Made by a program: the position numbers and the translations under genes
Assembly (NCBI GenBank): GCA_964016885.1
Contig: OZ024742.1
Location: 339,760,001-339,824,000 of the forward strand
Direction of reading: 5' to 3'
DNA length: 64,000 nt
Source: Eledone cirrhosa
Taxonomy: Eukaryota
The notes under the pieces: model-generated
What the model was told of the DNA's origin: nothing
The model's database searches: none
The model's input: only the letters and a program-made list of their open reading frames with translations
Shown here: positions 13,301-26,951 of the stretch, piece by piece
Position numbering within the stretch: the first letter of the stretch is position 1
Layout of the letters: the number at the start of each line of letters is the position of its first letter

Positions 13301-16300
13301 GAAACTGTGGCTATAATACTGTGAAACTGTGGCTATAATACTGTGAAACTGTGGATGTAATACTGTAAAACTGGCTATAATACTGTCAAACTGTGACGAT
13401 AATACTGTTAAACTGTGGCTATAATACTGTGAAACTATGGCTATAATACTGTGAAACAGTGTCTATAATACTGTGAAACTGTGGCTATAATACTGTTAAA
13501 ATGTGGCTATAATACTGTGAAACTGTGGCTATAATACAGTTAAACTGTGGCTATGATATTGTGAAACAGTCGCTATTATACTGTGAAACTGTGTCTATAA
13601 TACTGTGAAACTGTGGTTCTAATACTTTGAAACTGTGGCTATAACACTGTGAAACTGTGGTTCTAATACTGTGAAACTGTGTCTATAATACTGTGAAACT
13701 GTGGCTATAATACTGTGAAACTGTGTCTATAATACTGTGAAACTGTGGCTACAATAATGTGAAAGTATGGCTATAGAACTGAGAAACAATTGTTATGATA
13801 CTGTGAAACTGTGGATATATTACTGTGAAACTATGGCTAAAATATTGTGAAACTATGACTATAATAAAGTGAATCTTGGTTATAATACTGTGAAACAGTG
13901 TCTATAATACTGTAAAACTGTGTCTATAATACTGTGAAACTGTGGCTATAATACTGTGAAACTGTGGCTATAATACTGTGATGCTATGGTTGTAATACTG
14001 TGAAACTATGGCTATACTACTGTGAAACTGTGGCTATAACACTGTGATACTGTGGCTATAATACTGTGAAACTATGGCTATAATACTGTGAAACTATGGC
14101 TATAATACTGTGAAACTGTGGCTATATTACTGTGAAACTCTGGCTAAAATACTGTGAAACTATGGCTATAATAATGTGAAACTATGGCTATCATACTGTG
14201 AAACTGTGGCTATAATACTGTGAAAGTATGGCTATAGAACTGTGAAACTATGGTTATGATACTGTGAAACTGTGGATATATTACTGTGAAACTATGGCTA
14301 AAATATTGTGAAACTATGACTATAATAAAGTGAATCTTGGTTATAATACTGTGAAACTGTGGCTATAATACACGGGATACTGGCTATAATACAGTGAAAC
14401 TAGCTATGATAATGTGAAACTGGCTATAAGACTGTGAAACTCTGACTATAATATTGTGAAACTGTGCCTATAATACTGTGAAACTGTGGCTATTATACTG
14501 TGAAACTATGGCTATAATACTGTGAAACTATGTTTATAATACTGTGAAACTGTGGCTATTATACTGTGAAACTATGGCTATAATACTGTGAATCTGTGGC
14601 TATAATAATGTGAAACTGTGGCTATAATACTGAGAAAATGTGGCTATAATACAGTGAAACTCTGACTATAATACTGTGAAACCGTGGCTATAATACTGTA
14701 AAACTATGTTTATAATACTGTGAAACTTTGGCTCTAATACCGTGGAATTGTGGTTATAATACCGTGAAACTGTGGGTATAATACAGTGAAACTGTGGCTA
14801 GAGTACTGTAAAACTGGCTATAATACTGTGAAACTGTTCTTCTAATACTGTGAATATATGGCTATATTACTGTAAAACTGTGGATGTAATACTGTGAAAC
14901 TGTGGCTATAATACTGTGAAACTGTGGCTATAATACTGTGAAACTCTTGCTATAATACTGTGAAACTGTGGCTATAATACTGTGAAACTCTTGCTATAAT
15001 ACTGTGAAACTGTGGCTATATTACTGTGAATCTGTCACTACGATAATGTGAAATTGTGGCTATAATACTGTGAAACTGTGGCTATATTACTGTGAACCTA
15101 TGGCTATAGTACTGTGAAACTGTGGCTAAAATACTGTGAAACTGTGGCTAAAATACTGTGAAACTATGGCTATAGTACTGTGATACTATGTTTAAAATAC
15201 TGTGAAACTGTGGATGTAATACTGTGAAACTGGCTATAATACTGTGAAACTGTGGCTATAATACTGTGAAACTGTGGCTATAATACTGTGAAACTGTGGC
15301 TATAATACTGTGAAACTGTGGCTAAAATACTGTGAAACTATGGCTATAGTACTGTGATACTATGTTTAAAATACTGTGAAACTGTGGCTATAATACTGTG
15401 AAACAGTGTCTATAATACTGTGAAACTGTGGCTATAATACTGTTAAACTGTGGCTATAATACTGTGAACATATGGCTATAATACTGTTAAAATGTGGCTA
15501 TAATACTATGAAACTATGGCTATAATACTGTGAAATTGTCGCTGTAATACGGTGAACATATGGGTATAATACTGTGAAACTGTGGCTATAATACTGTGAA
15601 CATATGGCTATATTACTGTGAAAATGTGGCTATAATACTGTGACACTATGGCTATAATACAGTTAAACTGTGGCTATGATATTGTGAAACAGTCGCTATT
15701 ATACTGTGAAACTGTGTCTATAATACCGTGAAACTGTGGTTCTAATACTGTGAAACTTTGGCTATATTACTGTGAAACTATGGCTATAATACTGTGAAAT
15801 TGTGGCTCTATTACTGTGAAACTGTTGCTATAATATTGTGAAACTGTGGCTATAATACTGTGAAACTGTGGCTATAATACTGTGAAACTCTGGCTAAAAT
15901 ACTGTGAAACTATGGCTATAATAATGTGAAACTATGGCTATCATACTGTGAAAATGTGGCTATAATACTGTGAAAATATGGCTATAGAACTGTGAAACTA
16001 TGGTTATGATACTGTGAAACTGTGGATATGTTACTGTGAAACTATGGCTAAAATATTGTGAAACTATGACTATAATAAAGTGAATCTTGGTTATAATACT
16101 GTGAAACTGTGGCTATAATACACGGGATACTGGCTATAATACAGTGAAACTAGCTGTGATAATGTGAAACTGGCTATAATACTGTGAAACTCTGACTATA
16201 ATATTGGGAAACTGTGCCTATAATACTGTGAAACTGTGGCTATTATACTGTGAAGCTATGGCTATAATACTGTGAAACATAGCTATAATACTGTGAATCT

Positions 16301-18628
16301 GTTGCTATAATAATGTGAAACTGTGGCTATAATACTGTGAAACTGTGGCTATAATACAGTGAAACTCTGACTATAATACTGTGAAACCGTGGCTATAATA
16401 CTGTAAAACTATGTTTATAATACTGTGAAACTTTGGCTCTAGTACCGTGAAACTGTGGGTATAATACTGTGAAACTGTGGCTAGAGTACTGTAAAACTGT
16501 GGCTATAATACTGTGAAACTGTGGCTATAATACTGTGAAACTCTTGCTATAATACTGTGAAACTGTGGCTATAATACTGTGAAACTGTGGCTATAATACT
16601 GTGAAACTCTGGCTATAAAATTGTGCAACTATTGCTACATTACTGTGAAACTGTCGCTACGATAATGTGAAAATGTGGCTATAATACTGTGAAACTGCGG
16701 CTATAATACTGTAAAACTATAGCTATAATACTGTGAATCTATGGCTATACTACTGTGAAACTGTGGCTATAATACTGTGAAACTGTGGCTATAATACTGT
16801 TAAAATGTGGCTATAATACTGTGAAACTGGCTATAATACTGTGAAACTATGGCTATAATACTGTTAATCTAGGGCTATAATACTGTGAAACTGTGGCTAT
16901 AATACTGTGAAACTGTAGCTATAATACTGTGAAACTGTGGCTATAAAACTGTGAAATTATGGCTATAATATTGTGACACTATGGCTATAGTACTGTGATA
17001 CTATGTCTAAAATACTGTGAAACTGTGGCTATAATACTGTGAAACTGTGGATGTAATACTGTGAAACTGGCTATAATACTGTCAAACTGTGGCTATAATA
17101 CTGTGAAACTATGGCTATAATACTGTGAAACAGTGTCTATAATACTGTGAAACTGTGGCTATAATATTGTGAAACTGTGGATGTAATACTGTGAAACTGG
17201 CTATAATACTGTCAAACTGTGGCTATAATACTGTGAAACTGTGGATGTAATACTGTGAAACTGGCTATAATACTGTGAAACTGTGGCTATAATACTGTGA
17301 AACTGTGGATGTAATACTGTGAAACTGGCTATAATACTGTCAAACTGTGGCTATAATACTGTGAAACTATGGCTATAATACTGTGAAACAGTGTCTATAA
17401 TACTGTGAAACTGTGGCTATGATATTGTGAAACAGTGGTTCTAATACTTTGAAACTGTGTCTATAATACTGTGAAACTGTGGCTACAATAATGTGAAAAT
17501 GTGGCTATAATACTGTCAAACTGTGGCTATAATACTCTGAAACTGTCTATAATACTGTGAAAGTGTGGCTATAATACTGTCAAACTGTGGCTATAATACT
17601 CTGAAACTGTCTATAATACTGTGAAAGTGTGGCTATAATACGGTAAAACTATGTCTATAATACTGTGAAATGGTGCCTATAATATTGGTTGCCTATAATA
17701 ATGGTTCTAATACTTCAAACTGTAGCTATAATACTGCGAAGCTGTGGCTATAATACTGTGAAACTATGGCTATAATACTGTGAAACTGTGGCGAGAATAC
17801 TGTGAAACTATGGCTATAATACTGTGAAACTATGGCTATAATATTGTGAAACTGTGGCGAGAATACTGTGAAACTATGGCTATAATACTGTGAAACTATG
17901 TCTATAATACTATGAAACTGTGCCTATAATACTGGGAAAGTGTGGCTATAGTACTGTGAAACTCTGGCGATAATATTGTGAAACTTTGGCTATAGTCGTG
18001 TGATACTGTGGCTATAATACTGTGAAACTATGGCTATAATACTGTGAAACTGTGGCTATAATACTGTGAAACTGTGGCTATAATACTGTGAAACTATGGC
18101 TATAATATTGTGAAACTGTGGCGAGAATACTGTGAAACTATGGCTATAATACTGTGAAACTATGTCTATAATACTGTGAAAATGTGGCTATAATACTGTG
18201 AAAATGGCTATAATACTATGAAACTGTGCCTATAATACTGGGAAAGTGTGGCTATAGTACTGTGAAACTCTGGCGATAATATTGTGAAACTTTGGCTATA
18301 GTCGTGTGATACTGTGGCTATAATACTGTGAAACTATGGCTATAATACTGTGAAACTGTGGCTATAATACTGTGAAACTATGGCTATAGTCGTGTGAAAC
18401 TATGGCTATAATACTGTGAAACTGACTATAATACTGTGAAACTGTGCCTATAATACTGTGAAACTGTGGCTATAATACTGTGAAACTATGGCTATAGTCG
18501 TGTGAAACTATGGCTATAATACTGTGAAACTGACTATAATACTGTGAAACTGTGGCTATAGTCGTGTGAAACTATGGCTATGATACTGTGAAACTGTGCC
18601 TATAATACTGTGAAACTGTGGCTATAAT
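1390..18628. repeat. 22-bp satellite (consensus ctgtgaaactgtggctataata), about 780 units
   Basis: Continuous 22-bp periodicity. A homogeneous 44-bp dimer domain (~1490-4560) is followed by a more diverged domain with kb-scale block duplications. Confidence 0.98.
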
Positions 18629-18850
18629 GAACAGAATGAACCAGAGAAGGTAGTCATCCTTCATGAGGAGTTGATAAATGCAATCTTTAAACATACCGCT
18701 GTGCTTCTTCACTTTTATATTTTACCTATAATCTTTGAAATGTATGGAACTTTACTCCGCCTCTTCGGACTATTCCAGCTCTCCCCTACGGACTTGAGTT
18801 GCTTTATACTTTGGATATTTTTCCTGCCTATTACTACTACTACTACTACT

Positions 18851-18896
<46 letters not shown>

Positions 18897-18897
<1 letters not shown>

Positions 18898-19225
18898 ATA
18901 GAATTGGTCATGCCATCTGGCCTTTTGCTGTCTCCTCGGTCCAGCCCCGCTGGCTCGTGCTGGGAGGGGAAGCCTGCAACGGCCAAGCCATGCTTATTGA
19001 CCTCGTTGAGGGGAGCTCTGTGTAAAAGGCGGCCGGCACTGTGGCGACAGAAAAGCGAGTGGAGTCCGAAAGAGTCCATGCTGGATCCACAGCGACACTT
19101 ATGTGGCTCGCAGATCCGGAGTTCAAGCCTCAAGGAAACGCCGATGCGCAGGCTATCGTTATCCAGCTACGTGCCAGTGGAGAAGGAGGGCAAGGCATGG
19201 AGCCAGGCACCACTGTGGGGTTTGG
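18897..19225 (-). mobile_element. CRE-clade non-LTR retrotransposon fragment (zinc knuckle and start of the restriction-like endonuclease)
   Basis: Minus frame reads SGAWLHALPSFSTGT*LDNDSLRIGVSLRLELRICEPHKCRCGSSMDSFGLHSLFCRHSAGRLLHRAPLNEV...DRGDSKRPDGMT. GAWL.ALP, CxC..D..G.H...C and RPDG are typical CRE motifs. Contains an in-frame stop and is cut by (TA)n. Confidence 0.8.
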
Positions 19226-19227
19226 AT

Positions 19228-19310
19228 TTCGACCCTGATAAAATGAAAGGCACAATTAACTTTAGTAGTATTTGAATTCAGAGAATAAAGAACCGTAACT
19301 AAACACCACA
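19228..19310 (-). mobile_element. Degenerate tRNA-derived SINE fragment
   Basis: Reverse complement resembles the 'ctgagttcaaat...gcctttcatcc..gggtcga' core of the SINE at 20799. Confidence 0.6.
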
Positions 19311-19954
19311 ATATTTATGGATTCTGCAATCCAGCACATTTTCCAACGCCAAAAGTAGAAACAATTATATTATAATCAAACATTACTTCAACAATAAGTA
19401 AAATTAACCCTGGAATCTGCCACTTCTCCTTTCATCTTTTCTTCTGTTCTCTTCGTCCTCTTAATATCAAACGTCATAAATTACTTCCTTCCTTATTGTG
19501 AACAATTATTATTAAATCAATTATTCAATCAATTACAATTAAGATTTAATTACGTAATTCCTTCATTACAAATAATCTTCTGCCTTTACTTCATCAATTC
19601 TCTATCCAATTAACCATAGTTAGCTACCATTAACCGAATCACTAAACGAGTTGATGATCTTCTGGAATATATTTGCTGTATAATGAACTCTCATGGGGAT
19701 GTTTCCTCTGTAGTGTTCTATCACAATTAACCCTACAGCTATTTACATATAATCTTCAACATTCTCACACTACGCATATTCATAGACATATTTGGACAGC
19801 TTTTCCCGACCTGCCAAATGCCTGCCTATAAATGAACTCTGTTATCGATAATTTCTGTTATCAATAGATGTGAGGATAAGAGTTCTGGCTTTGCTAATTC
19901 TACTTGTCTGGGGCCATATACACAAAAATAACATGTGTTTATATATATATATAT

Positions 19955-20706
19955 AAACCACTGAGAGAATTGTGCTCAACCAAACAGAGAGAGAGAGGAA
20001 AGACTGTTATAAGGAGCGAAATATCAAGATAAATTAACGGAGTCATAGACTCTCGTTATTCCCTGTCAATGATGTGCTCAAAGGAAAAGGAATACTGAGC
20101 TCTTTAAAATACAATATGTTGAAAAGGTAGCACACTAGAGAGAGATAGTGCGCCATCAATAAAACGGAAAAACCACCAGGCTCCGTTAATTTATCGTGAT
20201 ATTTTGCTCCTTATAACAGTTCTTTCATCTCTCTCTCTGTTTGGTTGAGCACACTTCTCTGAGTGGTTTTTGGGCTGCCCTTCCTAGCAGCTCGTCCCTC
20301 AGATACCACTGGTTCACTGCGCTAAACACGCTGTGACATCTCTCTCTCGCGTGTAGCTGGACGGTCGCTTTAGATTCTCTTAGAGTTGTCTGAAATGTAT
20401 AGCCTTGCACGCGCTCATGAACCATACGCTATTCCATTTCAGTCAACAACTACCTGACGAAACAGATCTCTTTGGATTTGTACGCGTGTGTTATATAGTT
20501 ATAGAGGTGCGTATATACATTTTAATTTATATTTTTAATTATTGTGTGTCTACCCTGCCTTTCATTTATCTAAAATCGTTCTATTATAATTTTTTGTAAG
20601 AATCTTTGTTAAGTGTCGTGTATTGAACCCATATTGAGAATTACCTAACAAGTGCTGTGTAATTTTTTGATTATGTAACGACAGCCAATCATATCACAAC
20701 CACGTG
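19955..20706 (+). mobile_element. Penelope-like (pLTR-type) relic with an inverted 5' segment, between (TA)n tracts
   Basis: ~88-bp imperfect inverted repeat (19957-20043 vs 20181-20268). Decayed hammerhead half at 20454 (CTGACGA plus acagatc/gatttgt stem, no GAAA). Same layout as the other hammerhead-bearing inserts. Confidence 0.45.
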
Positions 20707-20798
20707 ATATATATATATTATACTTCAGCTAACTTGGAGTACACAATACTTTCTGTCGTCACCGAATTACGTTTAGTGTTATTATTATTTTATGATCA

Positions 20799-21010
20799 TG
20801 GGTTGGCAGTATCGGTAGAGGGTCGGACGCCATGCTTTCCAGCACAGTTACGTCCCTTTACGATCTGAGTTCAAATCCCGCCGAGGTTGACTTTGCCTTT
20901 CATCCTTCCGGGGTCGATAAAATAAAGTACCAGTCACTCACTGGGGTCGATTTAATCGACTTTCCCTTGCCTCAAAATTGCTGGCTTTGTGCCTAAATGA
21001 GAAACCATTA
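20799..21010 (+). mobile_element. tRNA-derived SINE (octopus-type), near full length
   Basis: A-box-like tggcagtatcgg, B-box-like gagttcaaatccc, core gcctttcatccttccggggtcgataaaataaagtaccag; 9-bp TSD ttatgatca (20790-20798, 21011-21019). Confidence 0.85.
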
Positions 21011-21049
21011 TTATGATCAGTCCATCAGTACATGATAATATCAATCGAT

Positions 21050-21400
21050 ACTACGTATGTTTGTATATGGTGAGACAGTTCTCCACCTGTTCCATGTTTG
21101 TACAACGCGAGACAATTCTCTTCCAGTATTCTCGATCGGATGCATGTTCCAGATCTGTCAACTCTTCCCATCCGACGGGGAGATCTCCCACCCACTTTGG
21201 GACGGGTGAGAGATGTATTCTCTTGTGAAAATGGGTATAGCTTTCATCATGTATAGTCCCCTAATTTACTTCATTTCTCTCCGTTCATGGTACTCCCGGT
21301 TTGGGTTTTTAGAGGTTGGCAGGTCTGATCTTCTACCATATTTTTCTAATATATGATGATAGACTTCATGAAAGTTTTGATTCCATGAGGCTGGTGGTAT
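21050..21400 (-). mobile_element. Highly decayed RTE-like LINE 3' end
   Basis: Minus frame ...DLEHASDREYWKRIVSRC... resembles the RTE C-terminal 'A.DR..W+..V' motif; the upstream part is broken. Confidence 0.35.
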
Positions 21401-22364
21401 TCTTCTTCTTCCTTCTGTTGGTGTCTATGTTAATGTTGTTTTTGTTGATCAATGGTCTGACTGTTGCACGACGTGATAAGCCAATCACGTTCTTCATATT
21501 GCTGTCCATGATATCTTGAAGTTTTCAGGTCGATATTCCTCTTCAACATTTCGTTAATTTATTTCTAATGAAAGACATTGCCTACAATTTTCAAATAAAT
21601 TTTAAAATGAGGAAGAATTTGGAGAGATTTTGTAATATAATTAACTACCTCATTATTAAGTTAGTGTTTTGGAACATAACTTAACAAATGTTAAGGCTCT
21701 AACAAAAATTATGATGGAATGCTTTTAGATCAAAATAAACATGTTAAGACAAACAAACTTGTATTATGGTTTGAGGTGGTTTTGAATGAAGAATGTTAAT
21801 ATTGTATTATGTGTATCTCCAACATAACCAATCACAAGATCGATTACCAAAGGAGTACGACTGCACACAGGGATAGCAACCAGCCATCATAACCTTCACA
21901 CACCAAAACGCTAAAGACACGGCAAAAATTAGACTAACCAATGATAATAAAATAAAATTTAAAAAAAAAATCCACTTAGTTACTCTTTCTGATACAGTCA
22001 GTTCATCTTAATTAATGAAATTCTTATTTCATCTAACCATAATTAACCAAATCATTATTAATTCCTAATCGAATTATTAACAATTAGTCGCACTGAAGCC
22101 AAGATCTGCCAATTCCGAAGAATTAACAGCAATTAATATCAGTTGTCTATTTTAAACTTGGCAATCAACGTTTATTCTATAGGTGACTCGCAATTAACCG
22201 AACCAATTTTTTGAGAGATCGTTAGCAATAGTATTAGTATTCCATCATTGACACACAACTGAGAATTAGCTGTCATATACATGTATTTATATATACATAC
22301 ATGCTTACATACATACACATACATGTATGTGTATGTGTATGTATATGCATGTATTTACACATTC

Positions 22365-22396
<32 letters not shown>

Positions 22397-22454
22397 CAAT
22401 GACACGCACACACACTCACTCTCACACGTCTATCTAACTCTCTCTATATATATA

Positions 22455-22546
<92 letters not shown>

Positions 22547-23506
22547 TATATATATATACATATATAAGAGTGTTGAAGTTTGTTTGAAGCATTGTGGAAT
22601 AATATAATTGGTGGTTTTGGAAGCCTCAACAATGTAGATGGGTATATTTCCGGGTAACAGAACCCGGTGATGAAGGGAGAGATGTAAGAGGAAATGTAGA
22701 ATGAGACGTATGGGGTGTAGAGGAATGTAGGAAATAGTGTAAAAATAAAAACACGAGATAGGGTTATCTTGGAAGTGATTTAATTGTCCCTATATTTCTG
22801 ATTTCGCATCCATCAACTGGGGGTTTTCCGAGGGGGAGAGCTTTTAGTCGGAGAGGGACAACACGTGGCCTCTGTATATATTATTATATATTATATACAA
22901 TATATAACATCTACCGTAAACTTTGAATGATTTTCCTGAATTTTGCAGCTTTTATGCCCCATAGCTCAATGTATGTTGACAGACGTTGCTAATATAGAGA
23001 TAAGAAAAAGGTGTCCTATCATATGTAACAATTGTAAAAATATCTAACTTCGTTATATAGTTATTGACAGTTATGTTTAGTCTTTAAGGTAGCCCCCACG
23101 TCAGGGCTACTTTGAATACAAAACATAACTATACATTTTATAAATTTCACAGAAATTTTCACAAAAAATAATACTTAATTATACAATCTACTAATGGAGA
23201 GATATATATGATTACACTTCAAAACTATTTTCAAGAAGTGTGAAATATGAATCGAAAATGTTCATTTTATTCACAAAAGTCCCACAGATAGTAATGTTAG
23301 CCAAGGTTATAGCGAGTGCCAGCTTCATGGCACCAGTTTCTACATTTATGGGCACTACTCCTGTGTCCCAGAAAATAACTTTGAACGTTCGAGGTTACTT
23401 TGAAAAAAAAAACCATTAAAAACTCTTTATGCCATCATAGTTTCTTAAATATTATTTTGGAAAAGATGCCTTGATAAATTGAAACTTTCATTATCATTTA
23501 AGCTTT

Positions 23507-23691
23507 AGGCGGTGGATTGGCAGTATCGGTAGAGGGTCGGACGCAATGCTTTCCAGCATAGTTACGTCCCTTTACGATCTGAGTTCAAATCCCGCCGAGG
23601 TTGACTTTGCCTTTCATCCTTACGGGGTCGATAAAATAAAGTACCAGTAATGCACTGGTTAATTGTTGGCCTTGTGCCTAAAGTAGAAACA
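23507..23691 (+). mobile_element. tRNA-derived SINE, short (internally deleted) subfamily, with 17-bp TSD
   Basis: Same head and core as 20799; perfect TSD attatcatttaagcttt at 23490-23506 and 23692-23708. Confidence 0.9.
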
Positions 23692-24091
23692 ATTATCATT
23701 TAAGCTTTCTTTTAAAGTATTTCTTTTAAATGACTTTAAACTCCCTAAAAAAATTTAAATTATGTAGGCGACACACAGACGCTGAAATATTGACTCTATC
23801 AACTTTCAGTCTGATCAAAGGGAATAAATGTGTGTTTTGTATATATTTTTACATTTGACACATTCTTAATATGTTTTTAATTGATTCTGTAAATTACATT
23901 TCAATTTGATGTATGGTTCAGCTACAAATCACGCCGAAATCGCCAAAATGTTTTAAAAATGTTCCACGTTTTTAGTATATCTTTCTTGTACACTGTCTAT
24001 TCTTTTTATTATTATAATTATTTATGATATATAGCAGAATTTTTATTATTTGCTGGGTTACATATGGCCGAACGTTCACTATCCCTGTCAT

Positions 24092-24430
24092 CCTGAATTT
24101 GGCTGCTATTTCTAGCATGATGTCTACATTTTTACCTTTCGCCCTGAATATAGCTGCTATTTCTGACACGTTTAGAGACCACTTCTATGCCTACTTTTTT
24201 ACTTTTCGTCATGAATATAGCTGCTATTTCTAATACGTTTATAGACCACTTCCATGCCTACTTTTTTTACCTTTCGCCCTGAATACAGGTGTTATTTCTG
24301 ACACGTTTAGAGACCACTTCTATGTCTACTTTTTTATCTTTCACCCTGAATATAGCTGCTATTTCTAGCATGTGTAAAGTCCATTTCGATGACCACTTTT
24401 ACTCTTTACCCTGAATTTGGCTGCTATTTA
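24092..24430. repeat. ~67-bp diverged tandem repeat, 5-6 copies
   Basis: cctgaat(a/t)t(a/g)gctgctatttct-like motif recurs at ~24092, 24143, 24210, 24278, 24345, 24410. Confidence 0.85.
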
Positions 24431-24704
24431 CAACCAAACAATTCACTTATTTGCAGAGGTAGTGGCCATAAATGTAGAAACTGGTACCATAAGGCTGGTA
24501 CTCACTATGAACTGGGCCAACACTACTATTTGTGTGACTTTTGTCAATAAAATGAACATTTTCGTAAGACCGTTATTGCTCCAATAAGTCCACACAACAC
24601 TTAGCAAAGACCCTAAATCTGCACTTATGACTCCAGCTAAATCAACCAGTGACCCACCCTAATAATGTGTAATAAGCTACAGAAATATACAATGAATATA
24701 TTTC

Positions 24705-24793
<89 letters not shown>

Positions 24794-24943
24794 CGGAACT
24801 GTAGGAGATTTAACAGGAGCTATATAAAGGTGGAACTGAATACACTTGAAAGATAGAAAGATAGAAACAAATGTATTTCTCTCATCTGAACAGAACTAAT
24901 TCGAGTAGTTTCGATTGTGGTTAATTTCTGCTACAGCAGTCGA

Positions 24944-24983
24944 ATGGTGATGATGATGATGGTGATGATGACGATGGAGGTGG

Positions 24984-25021
<38 letters not shown>

Positions 25022-25160
25022 GTGGTGATGATGATGATGGTGGTGGTTGTGGTGATGATGATGGTGATGATGATGATGGTGGTGGTGATGATGATGATGA
25101 TGATGGTGGTGATGATGATGACGATGGTGACGACGATAACTATGACGATGGTGATGACGG
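24944..25160. repeat. (GAT/GGT)n microsatellite
   Basis: Directly visible; source of the poly-H and poly-M ORFs. Confidence 0.95.
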
Positions 25161-25839
25161 TAGGTACATTTTATTGAGTGTAAGTGGCGGGAAGACATTG
25201 TAATCAAATGTTATAATTAAAGTATTTCTATGAGTTTGATTAGAAACCTTCACAGCGTGGTTTCTATTTTGAACAAAGAACCCCCCCCCCCCCAAGAAAA
25301 AACCTAAAAAACAACCCAAATAAACAATAGCCAGCCTCATACCATCAAACAATGTGTGTTCGATATGATAGAATGACCACAGATAAACGGAAAATGATCA
25401 ATATACAATTCCATCAAGCCATTCTTAAGTCGAGCTCTGATCCAGAAAGTTAGAATCATAGAGAGAGACATTGATTGTTAATATAACCAATCATCAGATT
25501 CACTTAGAAAATTATTGATTTTAAACCACAAAAAATCGATAATTAAACAGCATAAAGCTGTTTTAAGTTTTACTCTTAACTAATCACACACAAATTATTA
25601 AATATTAATCGGAAATTCACAATTTCTACGAATTTATCAAAGCGAAACAATTTATTTGATTCTATGAGAACGATGAGTCGACAGAAATGGTGCAAGTAGA
25701 ATCTATAATAATGTTATTGTGTCATGGTGTGTGTCCAGTGTTACGCTTTCAACAACCTTAACTATGGAACGACGTTGAAAATATAACTGACATTTTTAAC
25801 ATAATAGTTCTGAATGTTTTTTAAGGGAAAGGAAACTCA

Positions 25840-25965
25840 ATTAAATCGTCCCTAATAATTTACTGGTACTTTATTTATCGACCACAGAAGGGTGAAAGGT
25901 GAAGAGGGCGTCGGTGGGTTTTGAATTGAGAACGTTTTGAACCGTAACTAAATACCTAAAAGCAT
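25840..25965 (-). mobile_element. Degenerate tRNA-derived SINE
   Basis: ctggtactttatttatcgacc...tgaaagg is the reverse complement of the SINE core. Confidence 0.7.
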
Positions 25966-26014
25966 TAGGTCCCACATCAAATTTTACATAATAAAACAAC
26001 ACTGTGAGATCACA

Positions 26015-26292
26015 GCTCCGATACTATGGGCATGGGGTTAGAATGTCTCAGGAAAGATCTCGCTGGACAGATTTTATGGGCAAACCCACCGACAGGAGAC
26101 CCAGGGGTAGACCCCGATAAAGATGGTTGGATAACATCCATACGCTTGGCTGATCTCGCTTGAGGATCCAGCTGGATCAGTTGGAGAAGGTTGCTTCTGA
26201 CAGGACCAGCTGGATGGAGTGTTTGAGGACTCTGCCCCCACCGACCCTCTCAGGAATAAGTGGCGAAGAAGAAGAAGAAGAAGAAGAAGAAG
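26015..26292 (+). mobile_element. RTE-clade LINE 3' end with (GAA)n tail
   Basis: YYGH.VRM...KPTDRRPRGRPR*RWLDNI...VASDRTSW matches the RTE C-terminal pattern GH..RM...RPRGRP..RW.D...DR..W; contains in-frame stops. Confidence 0.85.
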
Positions 26293-26304
26293 ACATTTTT
26301 TTCA

Positions 26305-26430
26305 TATGGGTAAACTGGAGCAACATGATATGAATTGCATTGTTTAATGACACAACACATCACCATGACGAGGAATCGATCCCTTAATCTAGTGATCGTG
26401 AGCCCAACACCTTCACCACTTGGTCAAGCG
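26305..26430 (-). mobile_element. SINE head fragment (second family)
   Basis: taaactggagcaac...tga...gacacaacac is shared with 36480-36530. Confidence 0.6.
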
Positions 26431-26594
26431 TCTTCGACAAACAAAACCATCAACAACCCGGTAGTCGCAATCACTCTGTTATCAGGCAAGACTCTCATTG
26501 TTAGAGGTTTTCATTACTTAACGGTAACCGATGTGAATATTAAATATGTTGTCATATATTGAGTGAATAAATTAATGTTTGTAATACGGCGCCC

Positions 26595-26820
<226 letters not shown>

Positions 26821-26936
26821 AAATGTCTTTATTAGCCACAAGGGCACAAAAGAAGGGGACACATACAAATGGGGAGTTTACATACGGGTATATGAAAATA
26901 AGACTATTAATAAAATAAAATTATTAATAAAATATT
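26821..26936 (-). mobile_element. Tx1-like 3'-terminal stub
   Basis: tctttattagccacaagggc...ggggac...tacaaatggggagtttacat parallels 26957-27017; GATA repeats on both sides. Confidence 0.7.
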
Positions 26937-26951
26937 GATAGATAGATAGAT

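Noticed and set aside
1390-18628. CRISPR array or bacterial -10 (TATAAT) promoter array
   Set aside because: Units are head-to-tail with no unique spacers, there are no cas genes, and the context is eukaryotic.
20448-20500. Hammerhead at CTGACGA (20454)
   Set aside because: A stem II-like hairpin follows but GAAA and the cleavage triplet are missing; counted only as a relic.
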